DNA of 63,730 nt, counting the filler, from Octopus bimaculoides (taxonomy: Eukaryota): NCBI RefSeq assembly GCF_001194135.2. It is 4 parts of 4 records of this genome, joined end to end, with 100 filler letters (N's around TTAATTAATTAA, not from the genome) between each part and the next. Parts side by side here need not be neighbours in the genome. Positions count along the whole stretch, not along the records: positions 21,053 to 35,629 come from NC_068988.1; 3 more parts are not named here. The stretch is one strand, 5' to 3'. Every line of letters begins with the position of its first letter. Within the stretch, counting starts at the first letter, position 1. Position numbers and translations under genes: made by a program. Under the pieces are notes generated by a model. That model saw nothing but the letters and a program-made list of their open reading frames with translations, made no database searches and had not been told where the DNA came from. Shown here in pieces: positions 22,379 through 34,222 of this stretch.

Positions 22379-23020
22379 CGAAAAAGAAATTGATNNNNNN
22401 NNNNNNNNNNNNNNNNNNNNNNNNNNNNNNNNNNNNNNNNNNNNNNNNNNNNNNNNNNNNNNNNNNNNNNNNNNNNNNNNNNNNNNNNNNNNNNNNNNNN
22501 NNNNNNNNNNNNNNNNNNNNNNNNNNNNNNNNNNNNNNNNNNNNNNNNNNNNNNNNNNNNNNNNNNNNNNNNNNNNNNNNNNNNNNNNNNNNNNNNNNNN
22601 NNNNNNNNNNNNNNNNNNNNNNNNNNNNNNNNNNNNNNNNNNNNNNNNNNNNNNNNNNNNNNNNNNNNNNNNNNNNNNNNNNNNNNNNNNNNNNNNNNNN
22701 NNNNNNNNNNNNNNNNNNNNNNNNNNNNNNNNNNNNNNNNNNNNNNNNNNNNNNNNNNNNNNNNNNNNNNNNNNNNNNNNNNNNNNNNNNNNNNNNNNNN
22801 NNNNNNNNNNNNNNNNNNNNNNNNNNNNNNNNNNNNNNNNNNNNNNNNNNNNNNNNNNNNNNNNNNNNNNNNNNNNNNNNNNNNNNNNNNNNNNNNNNNN
22901 NNNNNNNNNNNNNNNNNNNNNNNNNNNNNNNNNNNNNNNNNNNNNNNNNNNNNNNNNNNNNNNNNNNNNNNNNNNNNNNNNNNNNNNNNNNNNNNNNNAT
23001 TATTATTGAACAAGTCAAGA

Positions 23021-23230
23021 AAGCCGTGAGCTGGCAGCAGCGCTACCGTATCAGGCAAATTGCTTAGAGCCATTTCGTTCGTCCCTCACGTTCTGAGTTC
23101 AATTTCCGCTGAGCTCGACTTTACTTTTTATTCTTTCGGAGTCGATAAAATAAGTAACAGTTATGAACTGGGGTCGATGTAATCGACTTACTCCTCTCCC
23201 CAATTTGCTGGTCTCGAACCAAAATTTGCA
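23021..23230 (+). mobile_element. SINE family B
   Basis: The head aagccgtgagctggcag, B-box-like gagttcaatt and core ggagtcgataaaataagtaacag...ctggggtcgatgtaatcgact are homologous to 27763-27996. Confidence 0.8.
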
Positions 23231-23481
23231 GCCAATATTTTAAAAGTCATGGAATTTTGAAGGTTTGCTGTAACAGAATTTCTAAACGCCTTTGCGATTT
23301 TATGTAAACTACCTTGTTTGTTTGTGTGTGTGCGCGCGCGCTCGTGCGTGTGTGTTTACAAGATGCAATGTAATTTTTTGAGAAATTGATAATGAAAAGA
23401 AATCAAGGAAAACTTTAAAATGAAAATATTTAACAGAAGAAAATTAAACAAAGAATAAATTAACATTTGTAATGTGCAATA

Positions 23482-23854
23482 AATCCTAACTCTAACCCTG
23501 ACCCCCAAACCTTAAAATCTAGCCTTAAGCTCTAATCGCAAACCACAAACACTAATCCTAAACCCTAACCCCAAACCCTAAACCCAAACCCGAAATCCTA
23601 ACACCAAACTCTAAACCCTAAATGCAAACTCTAATCACAAACCCTAACCCTAAACTGTAACCCCAATCCCGAACCCTAAATCCTAATTCTAACCGAAACC
23701 CTAAACCATAACCCCGAACCCTAACCCCAAAACCTCAATCTTAACCCTGAGCTCTAATCCCAAACTCCAAGTACAAAACTCTAAACTCTAAACCCTAACC
23801 GTAAATCTTAACCCTAAAATCTGACCCAAACCTTACACTCTAAACTCTTACCCC
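23482..23854 (+). repeat. Degenerate telomere-like (CCCTAA)n tract, interstitial
   Basis: About 370 bp of hexa/heptamer variants (ccctaa, ctctaa, ccccaa, cccgaa), including exact ccctaaccctaa. Confidence 0.85.
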
Positions 23855-25669
23855 AAGCTGGTTTCGCATGGTTGCTATGGGAACGTATTCAAATAGCCTA
23901 CCAGATAAGATGTCGAGAATGAATAAATCTGATTGGCTAAAATTATATTTTAAAAATCTTCAATTTTAAAGGTTGGAAACTTTTTGATATTAATCTCTTC
24001 AATGCGCGAGCTGGCAGAATGGTTNNNNNNNNNNNNNNNNNNNNNNNNNNNNNNNNNNNNNNNNNNNNNNNNNNNNNNNNNNNNNNNNNNNNNNNNNNNN
24101 NNNNNNNNNNNNNNNNNNNNNNNNNNNNNNNNNNNNNNNNNNNNNNNNNNNNNNNNNNNNNNNNNNNNNNNNNNNNNNNNNNNNNNNNNNNNNNNNNNNN
24201 NNNNNNNNNNNNNNNNNNNNNNNNNNNNNNNNNNNNNNNNNNNNNNNNNNNNNNNNNNNNNNNNNNNNNNNNNNNNNNNNNNNNNNNNNNNNNNNNNNNN
24301 NNNNNNNNNNNNNNNNNNNNNNNNNNNNNNNNNNNNNNNNNNNNNNNNNNNNNNNNNNNNNNNNNNNNNNNNNNNNNNNNNNNNNNNNNNNNNNNNNNNN
24401 NNNNNNNNNNNNNNNNNNNNNNNNNNNNNNNNNNNNNNNNNNNNNNNNNNNNNNNNNNNNNNNNNNNNNNNNNNNNNNNNNNNNNNNNNNNNNNNNNNNN
24501 NNNNNNNNNNNNNNNNNNNNNNNNNNNNNNNNNNNNNNNNNNNNNNNNNNNNNNNNNNNNNNNNNNNNNNNNNNNNNNNNNNNNNNNNNNNNNNNNNNNN
24601 NNNNNNNNNNNNNNNNNNNNNNNNNNNNNNNNNNNNNNNNNNNNNNNNNNNNNNNNNNNNNNNNNNNNNNNNNNNNNNNNNNNNNNNNNNNNNNNNNNNN
24701 NNNNNNNNNNNNNNNNNNNNNNNNNNNNNNNNNNNNNNNNNNNNNNNNNNNNNNNNNNNNNNNNNNNNNNNNNNNNNNNNNNNNNNNNNNNNNNNNNNNN
24801 NNNNNNNNNNNNNNNNNNNNNNNNNNNNNNNNNNNNNNNNNNNNNNNNNNNNNNNNNNNNNNNNNNNNNNNNNNNNNNNNNNNNNNNNNNNNNNNNNNNN
24901 NNNNNNNNNNNNNNNNNNNNNNNNNGCTTCTTTCCGTTTCCGTCCACCAAATCCACTCACATGGCTTTGGTCGGCCCGAGGCTATAGTAAAAGACACTTG
25001 CCCAAAGTGCCACGCAGTGGGACTGAACCTGGAACCATGTGGTTGAGAAGCAAGCTTCTGTAATGAAATCTGACCCAGTGTGTGAAACCGAAAAGATCTA
25101 CAAGGCGCTCCTTTTTTATTTTTTTAGCCCTAGGTCAGTCCTGATCGAGTAAACCTATGATCAAAACCGTTCCAGCCGCGACCATCTCGGGCATGATTTG
25201 AAGGGTATTTGACTGCTATTTCAAGAGATCACTTCCTCCTACGATGATTAAACGTTTGTTGAAGGTACGTCCCAAATATTTCGAACAAGTTACACACACA
25301 CACATACACACACACACACACAAATGTACACACACGCAGCATACATACACTCATACACATACACGTATACATATACACACAAGCACAGGCATACATAGAC
25401 ACACTCATAAATTTGTATTACACTTTCACACACATATATACATACCTACATAATACCTACCTACCTACCTACCTAATACATACATACATACATACATACA
25501 TACATACATACGTACGTACGTACACAAGCATACACACACACACACACGCTCGCTCACACACACGCATTTGCACACGTACACACACATACACACATTCAGT
25601 GACATTAGCGACATCTGTTCCGAAACACTTTCTCTCGTCGTTCACTCCGATCTCTTTTCTCTCTCTCAA

Positions 25670-25725
<56 letters not shown>

Positions 25726-26164
25726 CAGAAAAGGCGGGACTGTCAACACTGGAATGTCGTTGCTTATTTTCTATACTCCTAGGCCAGGTGTGAGTGAACA
25801 TACCTATAATGATCAAAGGCTGTTGTTCTATCCAGGAATTCGAGTGAACAGACCTGTTTAATCAAAATTGTTCCATTTATGACCATCACGGTGCATTTTT
25901 AAAGAAGGTAGGAAGCAGGGATGCTGGCTGTTATTTCTTGCAGGCTGAATGCCTACACAGGGGCGCATCTTCTTTGTTAGTCGTCAGTGAACCGACGACC
26001 ACACACACATTCCAGCTAATAAAAGCGTGTTTATACAGTTTCCTCTCTCTCTCTCTCTCTCTCCCTCTCTCTCTCCCTCTCTGTCTCTATCTCCAATTTA
26101 TATACACCTTTCTTTCTTTCTTTCTTTCTTTCCTTCTTCCTTTATTTCTTTCTTTCTTTTACTC

Positions 26165-26538
26165 TTTTACTCTTTTACTTATTTCAGTCATTTGACTATG
26201 GCCATGCTGGAGCACCGCCTTTATAGTCGAGCAAATCGACCCCAGAGCTTATTCTTTGTAAGCCTAGTACTTTATTCTATCGGCGAATTTTGCCGAACCG
26301 CTAAGTTACGGGGACGCAAACACGCCAGCATCGGTTGTCAAGCGATGTTGGGGGGACAAACACACACACACACACATATATATATATACGACAGGCTTCT
26401 TTCAGTTTCCGTTTACCAAATCCACTCACAAGGCTTTGGTCGGCTCGAGGCTATAGTAGAAGACACTTGCCCAAGGTGCCACGCAGTGGGATTGAACTTG
26501 AAACCATGTGGTTGGTAAGCAAGCTACTTACCACACAA
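26165..26538 (-). mobile_element. SINE family A, near full length
   Basis: It is the reverse complement of the 33416-33823 structure. The (TTTTAC)n tail merges into a (CT)/(CTTT) tract. Confidence 0.88.
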
Positions 26539-26683
26539 TATATAGTCATGGTATATTCTCTTAGAAACGTAGCAGAGTCCAGTATAAATCTTGTCCACCT
26601 TCAGATTTCACCCTGTGCTATCCCACTAGTAGTATCATACGTACTTCCAGGTTTGCGTTTGGCCATCTGTCGTGTGTGAAGAG

Positions 26684-27022
26684 ATAATTAAAAATATGGA
26701 GTCAACAAGAAGGAGTACGGTTGGCCATATACTTTTTTAATCACTACAATTGTTTCCACGCAACGTAGTTCTCCAAACATACACGAACTTGATTATGCAG
26801 AACATGATTATGTAACTGTTTTCTTGCATTATCTAGCTGAACTTACGGAGACAATATTTACATATAGCCCGAGGAAACACTGCTATATCTCATAATGCAG
26901 GAAAACAGTTGCATAATCAGGTACCTGCACACTTGGAGAACTACGATGCGCGGAAACAATTGTAGTGATTAAAAAATAAATGTCCAACCGTACCCCTTCT
27001 AGCTGACTCCAAACTTTTTCAA

Positions 27023-27026
<4 letters not shown>
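26684..27026. mobile_element. Fold-back MITE with ~145-bp arms and a short spacer
   Basis: ggagtcaacaagaaggagtacggttggcca..ttttttaatcactacaattgtttcc is mirrored by ggaaacaattgtagtgattaaaaaa..tgtccaaccgtaccccttctagctgactcc. Confidence 0.8.
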
Positions 27027-27052
<26 letters not shown>

Positions 27053-27054
<2 letters not shown>

Positions 27055-27455
27055 CTCTTTTACTTGTTTCAGTCATTTGACTGCGGCCATGCTNNNNNNN
27101 NNNNNNNNNNNNNNNNNNNNNNNNNNNNNNNNNNNNNNNNNNNNNNNNNNNNNNNNNNNNNNNNNNNNNNNNNNNNNNNNNNNNNNNNNNNNNNNNNNNN
27201 NNNNNNNNNNNNNNNNNNNNNNNNNNNNNNNNNNNNNNNNNNNNNNNNNNNNNNNNNNNNNNNNNNNNNNNNNNNNNNNNNNNNNNNNNNNNNNNNNNNN
27301 GCGATGTTGAGGGGGACAAACACACACACAAACACACACACACACACATATATACATATATACGACGGGCTTCTTCTCAGTTTCCGTCTACCAAATCCAC
27401 TCACAAGGCTTTGGTCGGCCCGTGGCTACAGTAAAAGACATTTGCCCAAGATGCC
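27053..27455 (-). mobile_element. SINE family A spanning a gap
   Basis: The tail is at 27053-27093 and the body at 27301-27455. Confidence 0.75.
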
Positions 27456-27489
27456 ATATATATATATATATATATATATAAAATCTTGT

Positions 27490-28082
27490 TTTAGTTATTA
27501 GACTGCGGCCATGCTGGGGCACTGCCTTGAAAAGATTTTAGTCGAATGAATCGACACAAAGACTTTTTTAAATTTTAAGCCTGATACTTATTCTATCGGC
27601 CTCTTTTGCTGAACCACTTGGTTACGGCCGCATAAACACACCAACACCGGTTGTCTAGCGGTTATTGGGAACAAACACAGACACAAAGACGCACACATGC
27701 ACACACATGTATGTATGTATGTATGTATGTATACGACGATCTTCGGTCGTCTGTACAGTTTCGTATTTCTTTACTACCCACAAGGGGCTACACACAGAGG
27801 GGACAAACAAAGACAGACAAACGGATTAAGTCGATTATATCGACCCCAGTGCGTAACTGGTCCTTATTTAATCGACCCCGAAAGGATGAAAGGCAAAGTT
27901 GACCTGGGCGGAATTTGAACTCAGAACGTAACGGTAGACGAAATACCGCTAAGCATTTTGCCCGGCGTGCTACCGTTTCTGCCAGCTCGCCGCTTTTCGT
28001 CTGTACAGTTTCCGTCTACCAAATTATACTCACAAGGCATTGGTCAACTTGAGGTTGTAGGAAAAGATAAACGACCCAGAGG
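27490..28082 (-). mobile_element. SINE family A interrupted by a SINE B insertion
   Basis: Family-A sequence stops at 27762 and resumes at 27997 (cagtttccgtctaccaaat). Confidence 0.8.
27763..27996 (-). mobile_element. Full-length SINE family B with 16-bp TSD
   Basis: tcgtctgtacagtttc is present at 27747-27762 and 27997-28012. The head on the minus strand is gcggcgagctggcagaaacg. Confidence 0.92.
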
Positions 28083-30609
28083 NNNNNNNNNNNNNNNNNN
28101 NNNNNNNNNNNNNNNNNNNNNNNNNNNNNNNNNNNNNNNNNNNNNNNNNNNNNNNNNNNNNNNNNNNNNNNNNNNNNNNNNNNNNNNNNNNNNNNNNNNN
28201 NNNNNNNNNNNNNNNNNNNNNNNNNNNNNNNNNNNNNNNNNNNNNNNNNNNNNNNNNNNNNNNNNNNNNNNNNNNNNNNNNNNNNNNNNNNNNNNNNNNN
28301 NNNNNNNNNNNNNNNNNNNNNNNNNNNNNNNNNNNNNNNNNNNNNNNNNNNNNNNNNNNNNNNNNNNNNNNNNNNNNNNNNNNNNNNNNNNNNNNNNNNN
28401 NNNNNNNNNNNNNNNNNNNNNNNNNNNNNNNNNNNNNNNNNNNNNNNNNNNNNNNNNNNNNNNNNNNNNNNNNNNNNNNNNNNNNNNNNNNNNNNNNNNN
28501 NNNNNNNNNNNNNNNNNNNNNNNNNNNNNNNNNNNNNNNNNNNNNNNNNNNNNNNNNNNNNNNNNNNNNNNNNNNNNNNNNNNNNNNNNNNNNNNNNNNN
28601 NNNNNNNNNNNNNNNNNNNNNNNNNNNNNNNNNNNNNNNNNNNNNNNNNNNNNNNNNNNNNNNNNNNNNNNNNNNNNNNNNNNNNNNNNNNNNNNNNNNN
28701 NNNNNNNNNNNNNNNNNNNNNNNNNNNNNNNNNNNNNNNNNNNNNNNNNNNNNNNNNNNNNNNNNNNNNNNNNNNNNNNNNNNNNNNNNNNNNNNNNNNN
28801 NNNNNNNNNNNNNNNNNNNNNNNNNNNNNNNNNNNNNNNNNNNNNNNNNNNNNNNNNNNNNNNNNNNNNNNNNNNNNNNNNNNNNNNNNNNNNNNNNNNN
28901 NNNNNNNNNNNNNNNNNNNNNNNNNNNNNNNNNNNNNNNNNNNNNNNNNNNNNNNNNNNNNTTACACTATTTTTCTTTTGTTTCTTGGCTCCGGTGAGGC
29001 GTCTCGGAACATTCACGAGCCCTCTCCCCACCCCACCCTGTTCGCGAACGCGCATTTTTTTTTCCTCATATTCGTTCCCAGCAAGTTGTTTTACACCTAT
29101 TAGACTAACTTTAAAAAAATTTTTGCCACCGGGTCAAACGCTTTAGTTTGACCTCGAAGGACACTCCCTCGTACGCAGTAGTTTTACTGATCTCCCTGCC
29201 ACCACCCAAGGGTATTTCTGCGTCCCTACACTCAGATGGAAAGTCAACACATATTCTTGTTAACCCATAGCTGGAATCTTGACAAGTGCTACAACTCAGG
29301 GTCAGAGTAGACCCGAGAACAAGGGTAGCTAAGGAGTGGTTCAACCCAGTGGCAGACTGGCCAGGTTACTAGCTTGCCCAATGGTTAGTGGGCCCCTACA
29401 CCATTAGAATCCGTATATGGGGGCCCATGTTAGTATATAAGGGGCCTATCTTCTCAAGTTTGAGAATTTTTTATTCACTCCTGGAAGAATGCAATAATTA
29501 TTTCAGCCTCGCTGTAAAGGAGCTATGTGGCTTCCCTATTCCCTACATTCTGCAAAGGTGGGTGAGAGTAACTGGAGGGGGGGGGCAGATAAAGAAAGAG
29601 GTTGCTGAGGGCTAGAGAGAACTCTTATATTCACAAGAGAGTGAGTTATAAGGGAGTTATAACAGATTGTGGATGAGGAAGGAAGGAAAGGGAGTCTGAG
29701 AGGAAAGTAACATTAATACCGCAGAACTTTGGTGGACNNNNNNNNNNNNNNNNNNNNNNNNNNNNNNNNNNNNNNNNNNNNNNNNNNNNNNNNNNNNNNN
29801 NNNNNNNNNNNNNNNNNNNNNNNNNNNNNNNNNNNNNNNNNNNNNNNNNNNNNNNNNNNNNNNNNNNNNNNNNNNNNNNNNNNNNNNNNNNNNNNNNNNN
29901 NNNNNNNNNNNNNNNNNNNNNNNNNNNNNNNNNNNNNNNNNNNNNNNNNNNNNNNNNNNNNNNNNNNNNNNNNNNNNNNNNNNNNNNNNNNNNNNNNNNN
30001 NNNNNNNNNNNNNNNNNNNNNNNNNNNNNNNNNNNNNNNNNNNNNNNNNNNNNNNNNNNNNNNNNNNNNNNNNNNNNNNNNNNNNNNNNNNNNNNNNNNN
30101 NNNNNNNNNNNNNNNNNNNNNNNNNNNNNNNNNNNNNNNNNNNNNNNNNNNNNNNNNNNNNNNNNNNNNNNNNNNNNNNNNNNNNNNNNNNNNNNNNNNN
30201 NNNNNNNNNNNNNNNNNNNNNNNNNNNNNNNNNNNNNNNNNNNNNNNNNNNNNNNNNNNNNNNNNNNNNNNNNNNNNNNNNNNNNNNNNNNNNNNNNNNN
30301 NNNNNNNNNNNNNNNNNNNNNNNNNNNNNNNNNNNNNNNNNNNNNNNNNNNNNNNNNNNNNNNNNNNNNNNNNNNNNNNNNNNNNNNNNNNNNNNNNNNN
30401 NNNNNNNNNNNNNNNNNNNNNNNNNNNNNNNNNNNNNNNNNNNNNNNNNNNNNNNNNNNNNNNNNNNNNNNNNNNNNNNNNNNNNNNNNNNNNNNNNNNN
30501 NNNNNNNNNNNNNNNNNNNNNNNNNNNNNNNNNNNNNNNNNNNNNNNNNNNNNNNNNNNNNNNNNNNNNNNNNNNNNNNNNNNNNNNNNNNNNNNNNNNN
30601 NNNNNNNNN

Positions 30610-30860
30610 CTTCTTCTTCTTCTTCTTCTTCTTCTTCTTCTTCTTCTTCTTCTTTGTTTCTTCTTCTTTATTTCTTCTTCTTTATTTCTTCTTCTTCTTC
30701 TTCTTCTTCTTCTTCTTCTTCTTCTTCTTCTTTATTTCTTCTTCTTCTTTATTTCTTCTTCTTCTTCTTTATTTCTTCTTCTTTATTTCTTCTTTATTTC
30801 TTCTTCTTCTTCTCATTATTATTATTATTTTTATTTTTATTACCATTATTATTATTATTA
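30610..30860. repeat. (CTT)n/(TTA)n compound microsatellite
   Basis: Direct reading of the sequence. Confidence 0.95.
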
Positions 30861-31218
30861 AAATGTGAAAAACTCAAGATTAAGCCGCGACTAAGCCTCT
30901 TATTAAAGTCGACTGAAAGAGAAGAATTGTTGTAAAAAATATTTAATTTACCAAAACCTTTCAATGGTTTTATTAAAACGAAAGTGTAGCATTTGAATGT
31001 TTGTCAATAAATCTACCTCAAAATGGTGCCGCCAAAGAATTCTTGCTTTTGGAATAGATGGAAGAAGAATATTATATTAAATTATTTCTATGCTGGTACT
31101 TTGTTTATCCAAAAACTGATCAGAAAATGGTTTATTGTTATAGAGAGAATTATATATATACATATATATATATATACATACATGTGTGTGTGTGTGTATG
31201 TATTTATATATGCATGCA

Positions 31219-31337
<119 letters not shown>

Positions 31338-31857
31338 CAGGGTGCGATGGGTAAATTGTCACCATTTTATATTTTTAATTTCATGCATGCGTATTGTTTG
31401 TTTTAAATTTTGTTGACTACACAATATAATAGGGTCAATTTGGCACCGTCTGTGAGAAAAACAGCACCATGAGACAATTCACTCTTCCAGAAATTTGGAA
31501 ACGATATGCTGTACTGCTTAGCATTCGCGCCAGAAGCTCCAATGCGAACATTTCAGAATGTTTGGGTATCAATCTTGAGTACAGTGCAGAGGATTCAGAA
31601 AGAGTTGGATGAGTGTAATGGTGATTACAAAGGTACGGCAATTTGGAAAATTCACTCTGATTGATCTGATGAGAAAAGAACTTCTGAATTTGTGGGTGAG
31701 ATCCCGCCAAGTCAATCAGGTCCATTGCCAGAGACGTGGGAGTTTCTTATCAGGCAGGTAGTACATGAAGACATTTGGTATTCCTCATACAAGATAAGAA
31801 TGACCAATTTTTATCCCAAGCCATCAAGGACAAGAAGAAAGACTCTGCCATGAAACC
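31338..31857 (+). mobile_element. Tc1/mariner (probably DD37D/maT-like) transposon, left end and transposase N-terminus
   Basis: It starts TA|CAGGGTGCGATGGGTAAATTGTCACC. From the ATG at 31469 it reads MRQFTLPEIWKRYAVLL..TVQRIQKELDE..PAKSIRSIARD..IRQVVHEDI..YK. It is truncated before the catalytic domain. Confidence 0.75.
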
Positions 31858-32075
31858 CATGCTGTTGCAGTAACTGGTCCTTAAGAGCAATGGAATTGCT
31901 GGGATCTTTGGCAATGTGCAGTGTCGACCCGTTCTGGCATTGATGTAGCTGTCAATGCCAAAATTTGGCATAATTCCTTCCAGGATCTTCCAGGTCTTGT
32001 TTTTGGAAATCTTTTTTTTTCAGAATTGGATCCTCCATAACCAAAAACGTGGGATTCTGTAAAAATAAGGAAAAT
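31858..32075 (-). mobile_element. CR1/L2-group LINE C-terminal fragment
   Basis: The reverse strand reads WKILEGIMPNFGIDSYINARTGRHCTLPKIPA..RTSYCNSMGF. Confidence 0.6.
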
Positions 32076-32084
32076 CAATATATA

Positions 32085-32665
32085 CTCTTTACTTGTTTCA
32101 GTCATTTGACTGCGGCCATGCTGGAGCACCACCTTTAGTCAAGCAAATCGACCCCAGGACTTATTCTTTGTAAGCCTAATACTTATTCTATCGGTTTTTT
32201 TGCTGAACAGCTAAGTTACGGGGATGTAAACACACCAACATCGGTTGTCAAGCGATGTTGGGGGGACAAACACAGACACACACATACATATATATACATA
32301 TATACGACAGCCTTCTTTCAGTTTCCATCTACCAAATCCACTCACAAGGCTTTGGTTGGCCCGAGGTTATAGTAGAAAACACATGCCCAAGGTGCCACGC
32401 AGTGGGAATGAACCCGGAATCATGTGGTTGGTAAGCATATATATNNNNNNNNNNTGGGGGGACAAACACAGACACACACATACATATATATACATATATA
32501 CGACAGCCTTCTTTCAGTTTCCATCTACCAAATCCACTCACAAGGCTTTGGTTGGCCCGAGGTTATAGTAGAAGACACTTGCCCAAGGTGCCATGCAATG
32601 GGACTGAACCCGGAACCATCTGGTTGGTAAGCAAGCTACTTACCACACAGCCACTCCTGCGCCTA
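32085..32665 (-). mobile_element. SINE family A, apparently duplicated across a 10-N gap
   Basis: The tail is at 32085 and the head ggcgcaggagtggctgtgtggtaag at 32640-32665. 32257-32385 is almost identical to 32455-32580. Confidence 0.8.
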
Positions 32666-33361
32666 TCCATTTTACCTGAATTTATGTGAATTTTCCGAAA
32701 GTCCCTTCTCCACCCCTACCCCAGGTTCGTCAGCATGCATTTTTTTTTCATATTCGTTTTCCCCAGGCTGGTTTTTTTTTTTTCTTCTTCGTGGCGGAAG
32801 GTCTTTATATTGACCGATTATTTTCTATGACCAGATTCCATCCTGTTGCTGAGCAAAGTAATGTCCTCAGACTTATTCTTGTAGAATATTGGAAACAAAT
32901 GGCATTTCTTCAATCACAATGACGCCCATTTACAACTATCCATCAATGGCAAAACACACACACACACACAAAAGAAATTCAGAATTCTTGCTTTTAAACA
33001 TTTTGTGATGTTCCGTTTCTCAAATCTCAAGGAGTAAAGAAGGAGTTATTTCCCTTCCACCTCCTTCAGTAACTGAATCGTTTATCTTTGTAAGTATGTG
33101 TGAATACGTGTGTGTATTGATGTATGTGTGTGTCTGTGCTTGGATGTGTATCGTATGTGTAAGTATGAGTATGTGTGTACGAGGGTGTGTTTGTGTGTGT
33201 GAGACTGTAAGTGACTGTTTTCTGTGCGTTTGTGTGTATCTGTTATGTTTTTGTATGCGTGTGATGTATGTCTATGCGTGATTGTGTGTGTATGATATGT
33301 TAGTATGAGTGTGTGTGTGTGGACAGCAGACGTTAAACGACGACGATGATGATGATGATGA

Positions 33362-33413
<52 letters not shown>

Positions 33414-33415
33414 AT

Positions 33416-33823
33416 GAGTGGCTGTGTGGTAAGTAGCTTGCTTACCAACCACATGGTTCTGGGTTCAGTCCCACTGTGTGGCACCTTGGGCAAGTGTCTT
33501 CTACTATAGCCTTGGGCCGACCAAAGCTTTGTGAGTGGATTTGGTAGACGGAAACTGAAAGAAGCCTGTCATATATATGTATATATATGTATGTGTGTGT
33601 ATATGTTTGTGTGTCTGTGTTTGTTCCCCCACCATCGCATGACAACCGATGCTGGTGTATTTACGTCCCCCGTAACTTAGCGGTTCGGCAAAAGAGACTG
33701 ATAGAATAAGTACTAGGCTTCCAAAGAATAAGTCCTGGGATCGATTTGCTCGACTAAAAGCGGTGCTCCAGCATGGCCACAGTCAAATGACTGAAACAAG
33801 TAAAAGAGTAAAAGAGTAAGAGT
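33416..33823 (+). mobile_element. SINE family A, full-length reference copy
   Basis: A-box tggctgtgtgg, B-box ggttcagtccc, an internal (TA/TG) microsatellite near 33570-33620, and the tail aagtaaaagagtaaaagagtaagag. Confidence 0.92.
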
Positions 33824-33840
33824 GTATATGTGTGTGTGTA

Positions 33841-34081
33841 TTTTCTATCTTTTACTTGTGTCAGTCATTAGACTGCGGCCATGTTGGAGCACCGCTTTGA
33901 GGAATTTTAGTCAAAACAAATTGATCACAGTTCTTATTTTCTTTTTAAGCCTTGTATTTATTTTATTGATTTCTTTTGCCGAACTGCTAAGCTATGGAGG
34001 ACATAAAGCACATCAGCACCAGTTATCAAATGGTGGTGGGTGACAAATACAGACTCAAAGACACACACACACACACAAACA

Positions 34082-34115
<34 letters not shown>

Positions 34116-34222
34116 ATGGGCTTCTTTCAGATTCTGCCAACCAAATCCCACTCATGATGCTATAGACACTTGCCTCAGGTGCCACACAGTGGGATTGAAC
34201 CCAGAACCATATGGTTTGGATG
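33841..34222 (-). mobile_element. SINE family A, tail-to-tail with the previous copy
   Basis: It is a reverse-complement match over ~380 bp, with an internal (CA)n. Confidence 0.85.

Noticed and set aside
23482-23854. A true telomere or chromosome end
   Set aside because: It is highly degenerate, short and flanked by ordinary sequence on both sides.
29111-29344. 77-aa minus-strand ORF that looks like a secreted peptide
   Set aside because: It is built across pieces that look like dispersed repeats next to gaps, and I recognise no homology.
32257-32580. Near-identical tandem SINE segments as a recent duplication
   Set aside because: They flank a 10-N gap, which is typical of unmerged overlapping contig ends.
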